DNA of 24,000 nt. Source: Limnobaculum zhutongyuii (GTDB lineage: Bacteria; Pseudomonadota; Gammaproteobacteria; Enterobacterales; Enterobacteriaceae). The DNA is taken from contig NZ_CP034752.1 of NCBI RefSeq assembly GCF_004295645.1, positions 2,081,809-2,105,808 on the forward strand, written 5' to 3'. The translations under genes were made by a program, and so were the position numbers. Below, piece after piece: positions 14,467 to 24,000 of this stretch (the stretch's first letter is position 1; each line of letters starts with the position of its first letter). The notes under the pieces were generated by a model that was not told the origin of the DNA, made no database searches, and worked only from the letters and a program-made list of their open reading frames with translations.

Positions 14467-14488
14467 AATTGTGACAAACATCACTGCT
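14467..14488. promoter_or_regulatory. Candidate CRP-binding site in sgcX/eco divergent region
   Basis: TGTGA-CAAACA-TCACT (14470-14485) against the consensus TGTGA-N6-TCACA. It lies about 100 nt upstream of the sgcX ATG, which is plausible for a sugar PTS operon. Confidence 0.45.
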
Positions 14489-14722
14489 GATTGGTCAAAT
14501 CCTCGTCAATAGTGAGTTTTGTGATTGATTTCAAAATTAAATAATCAATTAAAGTGATTGTTAGCATTATTCACTCACAGGCTTTGATTGTTTTTCATCT
14601 GGGTATGGGGTTTATGGCCCAGGCGACGAGTTGAGGTATGAATTCGACGATTGTAGTAGAAGCATTAACACCATCAGCATATAATGCTTATAATTAGTTT
14701 ATTTGAAGAAGGAAAATAGCAA

Positions 14723-15280
14723 ATGAAGATTAAGCTCACCCTGATGGCCGCACTGATTGGTATCTCTACCCATGCATTCGCTGAAACACCAAGCCACAAC
14801 CGTATTGGCTCAGCCCCTAAAGAGGAAACATCTGTGTCAAAAGAGATTGCTCCAGCCTCTAAAACTCCGGAACTAAAAGAGATCGCGCCTTATCCTGAAG
14901 CGCAAAAAGGTCAGGTTCGTCACGCGATTTTTCTGCCTGCCGTAGAGAATGAAAATAACCTGAAAGTCGAACTGGTGATGGGAAAAGAGATGGAAGTCGA
15001 CTGCAACCGTCAAATGCTCGGTGGCAAGTTGGAAAACAAAGATCTCGAAGGCTGGGGATATAACTATTTTGTTTTAAGTGACGTAAGCGGCCCGGTTTCA
15101 ACCATGATGGCTTGTCCGGACGGTAAAAAACACAAGGCGCTGGTAACGATTCCTCACGGCGAGTTCCTGCAACGCTATAACAGCAAACTGCCTATTGTGG
15201 TTTATGCACCACAGGATATTCAGGTTCGTTACCGCATTTGGTCAACCACTGATGAGACTACTGCGGCAGAGACTAAATAA
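14723..15280 (+). CDS. eco: Ecotin (periplasmic serine-protease inhibitor)
   Basis: 185 aa with a signal peptide (…THAFA/ET). [12 protein letters not shown]...LKVEL..G...EVDCN...[15 protein letters not shown]....[16 protein letters not shown]...[11 protein letters not shown] matches E. coli ecotin as I remember it, including the reactive-site loop STMMAC. Confidence 0.95.
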   Translation: MKIKLTLMAALIGISTHAFAETPSHNRIGSAPKEETSVSKEIAPASKTPELKEIAPYPEAQKGQVRHAIFLPAVENENNLKVELVMGKEMEVDCNRQMLGGKLENKDLEGWGYNYFVLSDVSGPVSTMMACPDGKKHKALVTIPHGEFLQRYNSKLPIVVYAPQDIQVRYRIWSTTDETTAAETK

Positions 15281-15294
15281 CCTTCGCTGTTGTT

Positions 15295-15342
15295 AACGTG
15301 CTTGCAGATACTTTCTGAACCCAGAAGTTCTGTTTGCACGTT
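15295..15342 (+). terminator. Imperfect long hairpin downstream of eco (possible terminator)
   Basis: AACGTGC...GCACGTT outer arms with internal ACTTTCTG/CAGAAGT pairing, 15 nt after the eco stop. No clear T-run follows, so the assignment is weak. Confidence 0.3.
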
Positions 15343-15739
15343 ATCCCTCGCCTTACCCTCTCTTGTTTAAACCTATTGATATCACAATATGTTTTTTAAC
15401 CGGTCCAATGACAAATAACGGGCTAACAGCTATAACCAGATAGAGTACCTCTTAACCACACCCTGTTTCACCCTTCTTTTTTTCGTAGGTATTTTTCATA
15501 TTTATTTAAATTAATTAAATAGTTAGCCAGGTTTTATAACGCTCGTTTCAGGTTAAACGCACAGATTGATTTAATCTTGGTTTTTAACAGCTGATTTACC
15601 CTTAGTAAACAAAGCATTAATTATCTTTTATCGGGTAATACACCGATTATTTTTACTTCATAATGAAATAGTCAGATTCATTGATATACCCCATGCAATA
15701 ATTTTACAAAGGGAGTATGGTTATCAGATAAATTTGCGA

Positions 15740-15766
15740 CGGGCAGCTACAGCCCGCCATTTTTTT
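15740..15766 (+). terminator. Terminator-like hairpin + T7 run in the dauA leader
   Basis: CGGGC-AGCTACA-GCCCG followed by CCA and TTTTTTT. It ends 30 nt before the dauA ATG. Confidence 0.5.
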
Positions 15767-15796
15767 AGCTCTATTTTAGGGTCAGGTTATCCCACG

Positions 15797-17497
15797 ATGA
15801 AAACGCATGGAATTAACGGTGTCAGACCGTTCAGTGCACTGATTGATGCCTGTTGGCGCGAATCCTATACACTTCAACGTTTCCTTAAAGACATTATTGC
15901 CGGTATTACCGTAGGGATTATTGCGATCCCACTAGCTATGGTGTTGGCAATCGCCAGCGGTGTACCACCACAATATGGTCTGTATACTTCAGCCATTGCT
16001 GGCATTGTCATTGCCGTTACCGGTGGCTCTCGCTACAGTGTTTCCGGGCCAACCGCTGCTTTTGTTGTCATTCTCTATCCGGTATCCCAGCAGTTTGGCC
16101 TGTCAGGCTTGCTGATTGCCACCCTGATGTCCGGCGTATTTTTGGTGATTATGGGGCTGGCTCGTTTTGGCCGTCTGATTGAATATATTCCGATCTCTGT
16201 AACCTTAGGCTTTACCTCTGGTATCGGTATTACTATTGCTACCATGCAGATTAAAGATTTCTTTGGCCTGACGCTGGATGTCCCGGAGCACTACATAGAT
16301 AAGGTTGTTGCATTGGCTTCCGCTATGCCAACCATCAGTTGGGCGGATACGCTGATAGCCAGCGTAACTTTAGCGGTGCTGGTACTGTGGCCCCGTCTGA
16401 AATTACGAGTTCCCGGCCACTTACCGGCATTATTGGCCGGAACCGCAGTTATGGCACTGCTCTCCTGGTTTGGTTATTCGGTTGCTACCATTGGCTCTAA
16501 ATTTCATTATCTGATGCCTGATGGCAGCAGCGGTCAAGGTATTCCACCGATTCTTCCGCAGTTCGTACTGCCCTGGAACATCCCTGATATCAGTGGCAAA
16601 ACATTTGAGCTCAATTGGGATACCATTTCTGCCTTGTTACCTGCTGCATTCTCTATGGCCATGCTAGGGGCGATCGAATCGCTACTCTGTGCCGTAGTAT
16701 TAGATGGAATGACCGGTAAAAAGCACCATTCTAACGGTGAATTAATTGGTCAAGGATTAGGTAATTTGACGGCACCATTCTTTGGTGGCATTACCGCCAC
16801 TGCCGCAATTGCCCGCTCCGCGGCTAACGTGCGTGCAGGGGCCAGTTCCCCTGTTTCCGCTATTATTCACTCAATATTGGTGATTATGGCGTTACTGGTT
16901 TTAGCGCCTGCGCTTTCCTACTTGCCTCTGGCGGCTATGTCATCACTGTTGTTGTTAGTGGCATGGAATATGAGTGAAGCGCACAAAGTTATCGATATTT
17001 TACGTCGTGCACCAAAAGACGACATTATCGTAATGCTGCTGTGTATGAGCCTCACCGTGCTATTCGATATGGTTATCGCCATCACCGTGGGTATCGTTCT
17101 GGCCTCATTACTGTTTATGCGTCGAATTGCACGTATGACCCGCTTAACGGAAATGACGACAGAATCTACGTCTGACCGTCTAGTGATGCGGGTTAGCGGT
17201 CCATTGTTTTTTGCGGCAGCAGAACGCATCTTTAATGAACTCACCCTGCGAATTGAAAACCAACGTGTGATTATCCTGCAATGGGATGCGGTGTCTGTAC
17301 TGGATGCTGGTGGCCTGAGTGCATTTCAGCGGTTTATTGATGTTTTGCCAGAAGGTACTGAATTGATTAACTGTGATATTCAGTATCAGCCATTAAAAAC
17401 GCTGGCTCGGGCGGGTATTAAACCAATTGCCGGTAAGCTGGCGTTCTATGCCTCGATGGAAGAGGCGCTGATGGCAAGTTCCCGAATTCCGGATTAA
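15797..17497 (+). CDS. dauA: SulP-family C4-dicarboxylate transporter DauA (YchM) with C-terminal STAS domain
   Basis: 566 aa from the ATG at 15797 ([20 protein letters not shown]...). It is near-collinear with E. coli DauA as I remember it (ALIDACW...[30 protein letters not shown]...[26 protein letters not shown]...). The track's TTG start at 15734 reads through the leader hairpin and is rejected. Confidence 0.92.
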   Translation: MKTHGINGVRPFSALIDACWRESYTLQRFLKDIIAGITVGIIAIPLAMVLAIASGVPPQYGLYTSAIAGIVIAVTGGSRYSVSGPTAAFVVILYPVSQQFGLSGLLIATLMSGVFLVIMGLARFGRLIEYIPISVTLGFTSGIGITIATMQIKDFFGLTLDVPEHYIDKVVALASAMPTISWADTLIASVTLAVLVLWPRLKLRVPGHLPALLAGTAVMALLSWFGYSVATIGSKFHYLMPDGSSGQGIPPILPQFVLPWNIPDISGKTFELNWDTISALLPAAFSMAMLGAIESLLCAVVLDGMTGKKHHSNGELIGQGLGNLTAPFFGGITATAAIARSAANVRAGASSPVSAIIHSILVIMALLVLAPALSYLPLAAMSSLLLLVAWNMSEAHKVIDILRRAPKDDIIVMLLCMSLTVLFDMVIAITVGIVLASLLFMRRIARMTRLTEMTTESTSDRLVMRVSGPLFFAAAERIFNELTLRIENQRVIILQWDAVSVLDAGGLSAFQRFIDVLPEGTELINCDIQYQPLKTLARAGIKPIAGKLAFYASMEEALMASSRIPD

Positions 17498-17524
17498 TCG
17501 AAAAGATTGGTAATTAATTATTAT

Positions 17525-17556
17525 AAAGCCCCGTTTCAAACGGGGCTTATCATTTT
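17525..17556. terminator. Bidirectional rho-independent terminator (dauA / DUF1090 gene)
   Basis: AAAGCCCCG-TTTCAAA-CGGGGCTT with T-rich tracts on both strands, between convergent genes. Confidence 0.8.
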
Positions 17557-17575
17557 CACTGATAACATTTATTCG

Positions 17576-17956
17576 TTACAGTGCATTCAGCGCTTCATCC
17601 AGTTCGGCCTCAGCTTTCTGAAGCTTTTTCTGTTTTTTGCTGATTTTGTCAGACTTGCCGGTAGCTTTCGCTTCAGCCAGTTCCTGACGGCGTTTTTCAA
17701 CTTTACGTTCTTTATCAGCTATCTTACTCTCTGCATCAGCAATATAGCCATTATTACTACAGTGAGCTTTTACATTGCTTAATGCACGTTCTAACCCGGC
17801 TAAACGATGCGGGTTATTATATTTTTTTGCATATTCTATCTGCTGATTGATTTTCTCCTCTTTTATCGCACAGTAATCTTTACCCGCGTTAGATTCCGCT
17901 GCAAAGACGGCTGGAGAAATAATTAAAGGAACAATTAAACAGATTTTCTTAAACAT
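17576..17956 (-). CDS. DUF1090 (YqjC-like) periplasmic coiled-coil protein
   Basis: 126 aa with a signal peptide (…PAVFA/AE). It has two conserved Cys flanking YAKKYNNPHRLAGLERALSNVKAHC, then a Lys/Glu-rich coiled coil (KERKVEKRRQELAEAKATGKSDKISKKQKKLQKAEAEL). This pattern matches the YqjC family as I recall it. Confidence 0.7.
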   Translation of the reverse strand: MFKKICLIVPLIISPAVFAAESNAGKDYCAIKEEKINQQIEYAKKYNNPHRLAGLERALSNVKAHCSNNGYIADAESKIADKERKVEKRRQELAEAKATGKSDKISKKQKKLQKAEAELDEALNAL

Positions 17957-18184
17957 ATGCTATCTCCCTGGAAAGCAATTAATTATTCTCAACCCTTTGA
18001 GAATTTGGGGATAATAACACGCAAAAACCGGTTATCAAGCCATTGAAACAATTAGTAGCACTTACTGAAAGATTCTTAACTCAGCTTAATAAAAATATAA
18101 CGAAAAAACCTTGTAGATCGAAAACAAATAATAGAAAGCATCAAGATTAATGCGTGTCAGGAAAATAATATAAATTATTTCATG

Positions 18185-18216
18185 TAAAAATAAAGGAGAG
18201 CCATGGCTCTCCTTTA
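18185..18216 (-). terminator. Rho-independent terminator after kdsA
   Basis: Minus strand reads AAAGGAGAGC-CATG-GCTCTCCTTT followed by ATTTTTA. Confidence 0.8.
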
Positions 18217-18237
18217 TCGGTTAAGTCTCAGTAAATA

Positions 18238-19104
<867 letters not shown>

Positions 19105-19149
19105 TTAATCTCTTGATTAACAGATTTAACTGCCGCCATTGACCGCATC

Positions 19150-19965
19150 TTAATGAAGCGTAACGGTGTTTTGTTCAATATTGTTCAGCTGTAACTTTAT
19201 AATCTCAGTCACCGGATCTTCCGGGCACTGCTCAACAAAATAATTCAAATCTTTTGCTGCAATGTGGTTGCACTCAAGTTGTGCATAAATTAAACCACGA
19301 TCGCGAATCTCATAGGGGTCTTCCGGGTCAAAGCTCAGGGCCAGTTCACTGGCTCTCAGGGCGAGCTCCGGCTTATTCTCCTGCATTAATGCCCCCTTAA
19401 GAGAACCCAACAACCGTATAATAATCTGGCTGTTTTCGGCATCACTCAGGTCATCATTAGTCAATTTGGCGCTAATGCCTAAATGCCCTTTCAGCCAGAC
19501 ATCCAGAATATGACTGGTTAGTGTCTCACCATTCAGTGGGTTAATCACCCAACTGTCACCATCCAACCATTCCGCTTTAATCAGCAACTGGGTTGGGAAA
19601 ATCACCGGATAAAGAGGAATACCCAATCGATTAGCAATATACATCAATATCAGACCTAATGATGAAGGCGCTCCCTGATGGGTTTTTAGCACTTTATCTA
19701 ACCATAAGGTATCTGACAAATTGTAAACCCCACCTGCACCGCCAAATCCCCAGGTATGGTAGAACAACTCCAGTAACTGCTCGAGCTGTAGGTCTGCATC
19801 CAGATCTTCAGCGATAAGGCCTCTGGCCTTTTCTGCTAACTGGTCTAATTCATAACGAACCTGATCTTCCGGAAAATCATCACGAATTAAACGGGTAATC
19901 AGGTAAATACCTTCACTTAACGGATGACTGTTAAACTCAAAATCAGTGATGCTTCCGCGCTTCAT
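19150..19965 (-). CDS. sirB1: SirB1/YchA (transglutaminase-like + TPR protein)
   Basis: 271 aa. DFEFN..PL.EG...FPTQL...PEDPYEIRDRGLIYAQL.C.H.A..DL.YFVEQCPEDP matches E. coli YchA as I remember it. Conserved position between sirB2 and kdsA. Confidence 0.9.
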   Translation of the reverse strand: MKRGSITDFEFNSHPLSEGIYLITRLIRDDFPEDQVRYELDQLAEKARGLIAEDLDADLQLEQLLELFYHTWGFGGAGGVYNLSDTLWLDKVLKTHQGAPSSLGLILMYIANRLGIPLYPVIFPTQLLIKAEWLDGDSWVINPLNGETLTSHILDVWLKGHLGISAKLTNDDLSDAENSQIIIRLLGSLKGALMQENKPELALRASELALSFDPEDPYEIRDRGLIYAQLECNHIAAKDLNYFVEQCPEDPVTEIIKLQLNNIEQNTVTLH

Positions 19966-20354
19966 GCATACCCCATAAATAACGGCATTTTACTTGTCGC
20001 TAATGTAACTATCAGATACAGGCAGAGTATCGCAGCCATAAAGGCTACCGATTTCACCATCTGACTCCGATCTCGTTTTCCCAGAGCGATATATCCCAAA
20101 ACAATATAAATCACTACGGCTATCAGCTTTTCAGTTAACCAGGTTCCCTGAACAGAGAATGGATAAAAGTGGGTAATAAAGATTAACACTACACCGGTGC
20201 CGAATAGAATAGTGTCATTCAGATGAGGTGCAATCTTGATCCAGCGTTGCTGCATAATGGCAGAGCCACGCCACTTCCAGTAAAAACGCAAAATAAACAG
20301 CACAATACTGATTACTGCGGTGAGAACATGTAAATGTTTTAACCATATGTACAT
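19962..20354 (-). CDS. sirB2: SirB2/YchQ small inner-membrane protein
   Basis: 130 aa with 4 TM segments. The 4-nt ATGA overlap with sirB1 and the position after prmC match conserved synteny. Confidence 0.85.
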   Translation of the reverse strand: MYIWLKHLHVLTAVISIVLFILRFYWKWRGSAIMQQRWIKIAPHLNDTILFGTGVVLIFITHFYPFSVQGTWLTEKLIAVVIYIVLGYIALGKRDRSQMVKSVAFMAAILCLYLIVTLATSKMPLFMGYA

Positions 20355-20402
20355 ATAAAGCTGTTCCTGTTTATTTGGTGTCCGAACGGTGATATTTCAA
20401 GT

Positions 20403-21239
20403 TTAATGTTTAAACCAGCGCCCCAGAGTAACTCGTTCATTTCCGCCATAATCCTGATGGGTAGCGATCAATTCAAAACCCCGCTGTTTAAACAGCGTTC
20501 GAACCTGCTCCCCCTGCGTCCAACCGTGTTCAAGTAATAGCCAACCGCCAGGTTTAAGGTAATCCGGAGCCTGTTCAATAATATGGTTTAAATCAGCAAA
20601 GCCCTGCTGTGCGGCAATTAGCGCGCTGTTTGGTTCATAACGCACATCTCCCTGACTTAAATGCGGATCGCTTTCATCAATATAGGGCGGATTACTGACG
20701 ATCATATCAAAATAAGCGTCATTCAGTGGCTCAAACCAATCGCCCTGAACAAAATGGACGTTGTTAATATTCAGATTATCTGCATTATCTTGCGCCAGCG
20801 AGACGGCTTCCGCCTGATAGTCAATACCGGTCACTGAACTGTCGGGACGTTCATGACCTAACGCCAGTGCAATAGCGCCGGTTCCGGTACCTAAATCCAG
20901 AATATCGCAATCGATCGTGGGTAAACGTTCTAATGCTAACTCTACTAACTTCTCGGTATCCGGACGGGGAATCAAGGTTACCGGTGAAACCTTCAACAGC
21001 AGCGACCAGAATTCACGGGAACCAACCAGATAGGCAATAGGTTCTCCCTGTAGCCTGCGGCACAATAGCTCGTCAAGACGAGATTGCTGATCGGCATCCA
21101 GCTCAGTTTCGCTAAACGCCATCAGAAATGTACGCGTTTTTCCTGTCACATGCCCCAACAGGATTTCCGCATCCCGCTTTGGACTGTCACCGCCGGTTAA
21201 TTTGGCGATGGCTTGCTCTAACCATTGATTAAATGTCAT
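20403..21239 (-). CDS. prmC: Release-factor glutamine N5-methyltransferase PrmC (HemK)
   Basis: 278 aa with the SAM motif DLGTGTGAIALAL and the catalytic NPPY. It lies immediately downstream of prfA. Confidence 0.95.
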   Translation of the reverse strand: MTFNQWLEQAIAKLTGGDSPKRDAEILLGHVTGKTRTFLMAFSETELDADQQSRLDELLCRRLQGEPIAYLVGSREFWSLLLKVSPVTLIPRPDTEKLVELALERLPTIDCDILDLGTGTGAIALALGHERPDSSVTGIDYQAEAVSLAQDNADNLNINNVHFVQGDWFEPLNDAYFDMIVSNPPYIDESDPHLSQGDVRYEPNSALIAAQQGFADLNHIIEQAPDYLKPGGWLLLEHGWTQGEQVRTLFKQRGFELIATHQDYGGNERVTLGRWFKH

Positions 21240-21248
21240 GGTGTCAAA

Positions 21249-22334
21249 TTATGCATCCTGCTCAGATAACGCTGCCAGTTGGTCAGCCTGATATTCCTGA
21301 ACAATAGGTTGAATTAGCATATCCAGCTTCCCTTCCATCACTTCATCTAAACGGTAAACCGTCAGGTTGATACGATGGTCAGTCACCCGACCCTGAGGAA
21401 AGTTATAGGTACGATTACGGTCAGAACGGTCACCGGTACCCAATAAGTTACGACGCGTTGACGCCTCTTCAGACTGACGCTTTTGCATTTCGGCTGCGCG
21501 AATACGTGCACCTAATACTGATAACGCTTTAGCTTTGTTTTTGTGTTGAGAACGCTCGTCCTGACACTCCACCACAATACCGGTTGGTAAGTGGGTTATT
21601 CGGATAGCGGAGTCAGTGGTGTTAACGTGCTGTCCACCCGCACCAGAAGAGCGGAAAGTATCAATTTTCAGGTCCGCCGGGTTAATATCCGGCAACTCTG
21701 CTTCTGGAATTTCAGGCATCACCGCAACCGTACAGGCAGACGTATGAATACGCCCCTGAGATTCCGTTTCTGGTACGCGCTGTACCCGATGGCCGCCAGA
21801 CTCGAACTTAAGTTGGCCATACACACCATCGCCGGTTACTTTGGCAATAATCTCTTTATAGCCACCGTGCTCACCATCGTTAGCACTCATAATCTCGACA
21901 CGCCAGCGACGAGATTCGGCATAGCGGCTATACATACGGAATAGATCGCCGGCAAAAATTGCCGCTTCATCACCGCCGGTTCCGGCCCTGACTTCAAGAT
22001 AACAGTTGCGTTCATCATCAGGATCTTTCGGTAACAACAATACCTGAAGCTGCTGTTCCAGCGTTTCAATTTGCTGTTTGGCCTCATCGATCTCTTCCTG
22101 AGCCATTTCGCGCATTTCAGGGTCAGCCAACATCATTTCGGCTGCAACCAAGTCCTCTTGTACTTTCTGCCACTGACGAAAACAGTTGGTAACATCTTCC
22201 AGTTGTGCGTATTCCCGTGAAAGCGCACGGAATCTGTCCTGATCGGCGATAACAGACGCATCACCCAGATGTGCCTGTACTTCTTCGTGACGCTCTTGTA
22301 ATGCTTCTAATTTAGCAACAATAGAAGGTTTCAT
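21249..22334 (-). CDS. prfA: Peptide chain release factor 1
   Basis: 361 aa with the GGQ motif (SGAGGQHVN) and an RF1-type PxT tripeptide (PET). Confidence 0.97.
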   Translation of the reverse strand: MKPSIVAKLEALQERHEEVQAHLGDASVIADQDRFRALSREYAQLEDVTNCFRQWQKVQEDLVAAEMMLADPEMREMAQEEIDEAKQQIETLEQQLQVLLLPKDPDDERNCYLEVRAGTGGDEAAIFAGDLFRMYSRYAESRRWRVEIMSANDGEHGGYKEIIAKVTGDGVYGQLKFESGGHRVQRVPETESQGRIHTSACTVAVMPEIPEAELPDINPADLKIDTFRSSGAGGQHVNTTDSAIRITHLPTGIVVECQDERSQHKNKAKALSVLGARIRAAEMQKRQSEEASTRRNLLGTGDRSDRNRTYNFPQGRVTDHRINLTVYRLDEVMEGKLDMLIQPIVQEYQADQLAALSEQDA

Positions 22335-22371
22335 GCGTGGCTAAACACCTTGTGAATAAAATAAAAGAAAA

Positions 22372-23634
22372 CTAATACTGATCCAGCCCGAGGCTGTCAC
22401 GTAATACATTCAATTGTTCCAGATCGCCGCTGCTTGCCGCTTTCTGGAGAGATTTGGTTGGTGCGTGAATAAGACGGTTGGTGAGCTTATGCGCCAGTTC
22501 GTTAATGGTACTTTCAACATCAGCCCCCTGTTCAATAGAGGATAAGGCCTTTTCTACTAATTCTTCCCGAATACCATCCGCCATTGACCGGTAATCCCGA
22601 ATAGAAGAGACGGCTGACTGCGATCGCATCCATGCCATAAAGTTGGCGCTTTCCTGCTGAACAATATCTTCAGCCTGAACAGCAGCCGCTTTACGCTGTG
22701 ATAAATTGTGCTCAATAATCGCATGTAAATCGTCAACGGTATAAAGATAGACGTTTGACAGATCACCCACTTCAGGTTCGATATCACGCGGTACCGCAAT
22801 ATCGATAAATAACATTGGCTGATTACGGCGTGCTTTCAGCGAGCGCTCAACCATACCTTTACCAATAATAGGTAACGGACTGGCGGTTGAACTGATAACT
22901 ATATCCGCTTTATATAAGCGTTCATCAATTTCAGGTAGGGTGATAACGTCAGCCTGAACTTCATCCGCCAACTGTTGCGCTCTTTCGCGTGTACGATTGG
23001 CAATCACCATCTTTTTAACTTGATGTTCGCGTAAATAACGCGCCACCAACTCAATGGTTTCACCGGCGCCGACCAGCAATACATTCACGTCGCTCATGGA
23101 TTCGAAAATCTGGCGCGCCAGCGTACAGGCGGCAAAAGCAACCGACACCGCACTGGAACCAATTTCGGTTTCGGTACGAACGCGCTTTGCTACAGAGAAT
23201 GATTTTTGGAATAAGCGCTCAAGCTCGGTATTTAACTTACGGTGTTCCTGCGACTCGGCAAAAGCCTTCTTCACCTGCCCCAATATCTGAGGTTCACCCA
23301 GTACCAGAGAGTCCAAGCCGCTGGCAACACGCATTAGGTGGTTAACGGCATCAGAATCCTGATGCCAGTACAGACTTTTAGTTAATTCTTCTGGCGATAA
23401 CTGATGATACTGGCATAACCATTTAATGAGCTGTTGCAGCGTATTTTCATCCTGCTCAACGCTTAAATACAGCTCGGTTCGGTTGCACGTAGACAACACA
23501 ACACCGCCCTGCACCAAAGGTTGTTGGTGCAGGCTTTGCAATGCATCACCTAATGTATCCGGGGAAAAGGTAACCTTTTCCCTCAATGATACTGGGGCAG
23601 TTTTATGATTGATTCCAAGTGCAAACAGCGTCAT
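22372..23634 (-). CDS. hemA: Glutamyl-tRNA reductase
   Basis: 420 aa. [21 protein letters not shown]...[10 protein letters not shown] (active-site Cys)...NADPH-binding [10 protein letters not shown]. hemA-prfA-prmC synteny is conserved. Confidence 0.97.
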   Translation of the reverse strand: MTLFALGINHKTAPVSLREKVTFSPDTLGDALQSLHQQPLVQGGVVLSTCNRTELYLSVEQDENTLQQLIKWLCQYHQLSPEELTKSLYWHQDSDAVNHLMRVASGLDSLVLGEPQILGQVKKAFAESQEHRKLNTELERLFQKSFSVAKRVRTETEIGSSAVSVAFAACTLARQIFESMSDVNVLLVGAGETIELVARYLREHQVKKMVIANRTRERAQQLADEVQADVITLPEIDERLYKADIVISSTASPLPIIGKGMVERSLKARRNQPMLFIDIAVPRDIEPEVGDLSNVYLYTVDDLHAIIEHNLSQRKAAAVQAEDIVQQESANFMAWMRSQSAVSSIRDYRSMADGIREELVEKALSSIEQGADVESTINELAHKLTNRLIHAPTKSLQKAASSGDLEQLNVLRDSLGLDQY

Positions 23635-23872
23635 GAAATAGTTATAGTTATTTTAGATTCTCAGTTGAATCGGTATTTCGTTGGCATATTCTACTTGATG
23701 CTGACTACCAATAAAAGTCACTACTTATCGTGAGAGTGCGTTTGCAGGATTTATCAGCATAAAACAGATATACTTTATGCCATTAATTTTACCCGTAATA
23801 ACAATCCGATTGACGTTTTACCTTAAGGTCATTAGCGTTATCGGTTATCGACAGGATCCCGGCGAGAACATC

Positions 23873-24000
23873 ATGACATTTATACGGACTTCTACTTTTC
23901 TAAAACTGATCCCTTTAGCCAGCGTATTTCTGACTGCCTGTACATTAACCGGTCAACAGGGTACGGCGGTTTCGCCCTCTTCTCCTGAGTGGCAGAAACA
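23873..24000 (+). CDS. lolB: Outer-membrane lipoprotein LolB (N-terminal fragment, runs off window)
   Basis: The ATG at 23873 gives MTFIRTSTFLKLIPLASVFLTAC|TLTGQQGTAVSPSSPEWQK, with the lipobox LTAC. It is divergent from hemA as in E. coli, and the SP.SP.W motif resembles E. coli LolB. Confidence 0.8.
   Translation, partial: MTFIRTSTFLKLIPLASVFLTACTLTGQQGTAVSPSSPEWQK

Noticed and set aside
21700-21800. The RF1 tripeptide reads PET rather than the PAT I remember from E. coli.
   Set aside because: It is still within the PxT RF1 recognition motif. This is not evidence of altered stop-codon specificity.

Overview
This looks like a chromosomal segment from an Enterobacterales-type gammaproteobacterium, judged from gene content and synteny. 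I cannot determine the species. There are three blocks.

(1) Right third, 17.5-24 kb: a conserved housekeeping cluster. lolB (partial) is divergent from hemA-prfA-prmC-sirB2-sirB1-kdsA. A DUF1090 gene and dauA follow.

(2) Middle, 8.1-15.3 kb: ecotin, divergent from a complete sgc-type PTS operon (sgcX-B-C-Q-A-E-R). An extra HxpB/YniC-like HAD sugar-phosphatase gene overlaps the 3' end of sgcR.

(3) Left third, 2.1-8.1 kb: the accessory region. A minus-strand RNA surveillance/repair operon runs from a sigma54-type promoter through rsr (Ro60 orthologue), four tandem Y-RNA-like structured RNAs, rtcB and rtcA to a strong terminator. Three of the four RNAs carry circularly permuted tRNA-like domains. 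Extremely AT-rich, ORF-free DNA brackets the operon. No RtcR-type sigma54 activator is adjacent. A small orphan zinc-ribbon/HTH gene lies beyond the left AT-rich tract.

The far left holds a TauE/SafE-family membrane protein and a partial 5'-nucleotidase-family gene.

The Rsr/Y-RNA/RtcBA system is a known family (Salmonella rsr-yrlBA-rtcBA), so the system itself is not novel. The points worth follow-up are the four-unit RNA array with hand-traceable covariation, the fossil CCA in one closed acceptor loop, the missing cognate activator, and several unexplained hairpins and inverted repeats. All structures were folded by eye. No database search or folding computation was possible.
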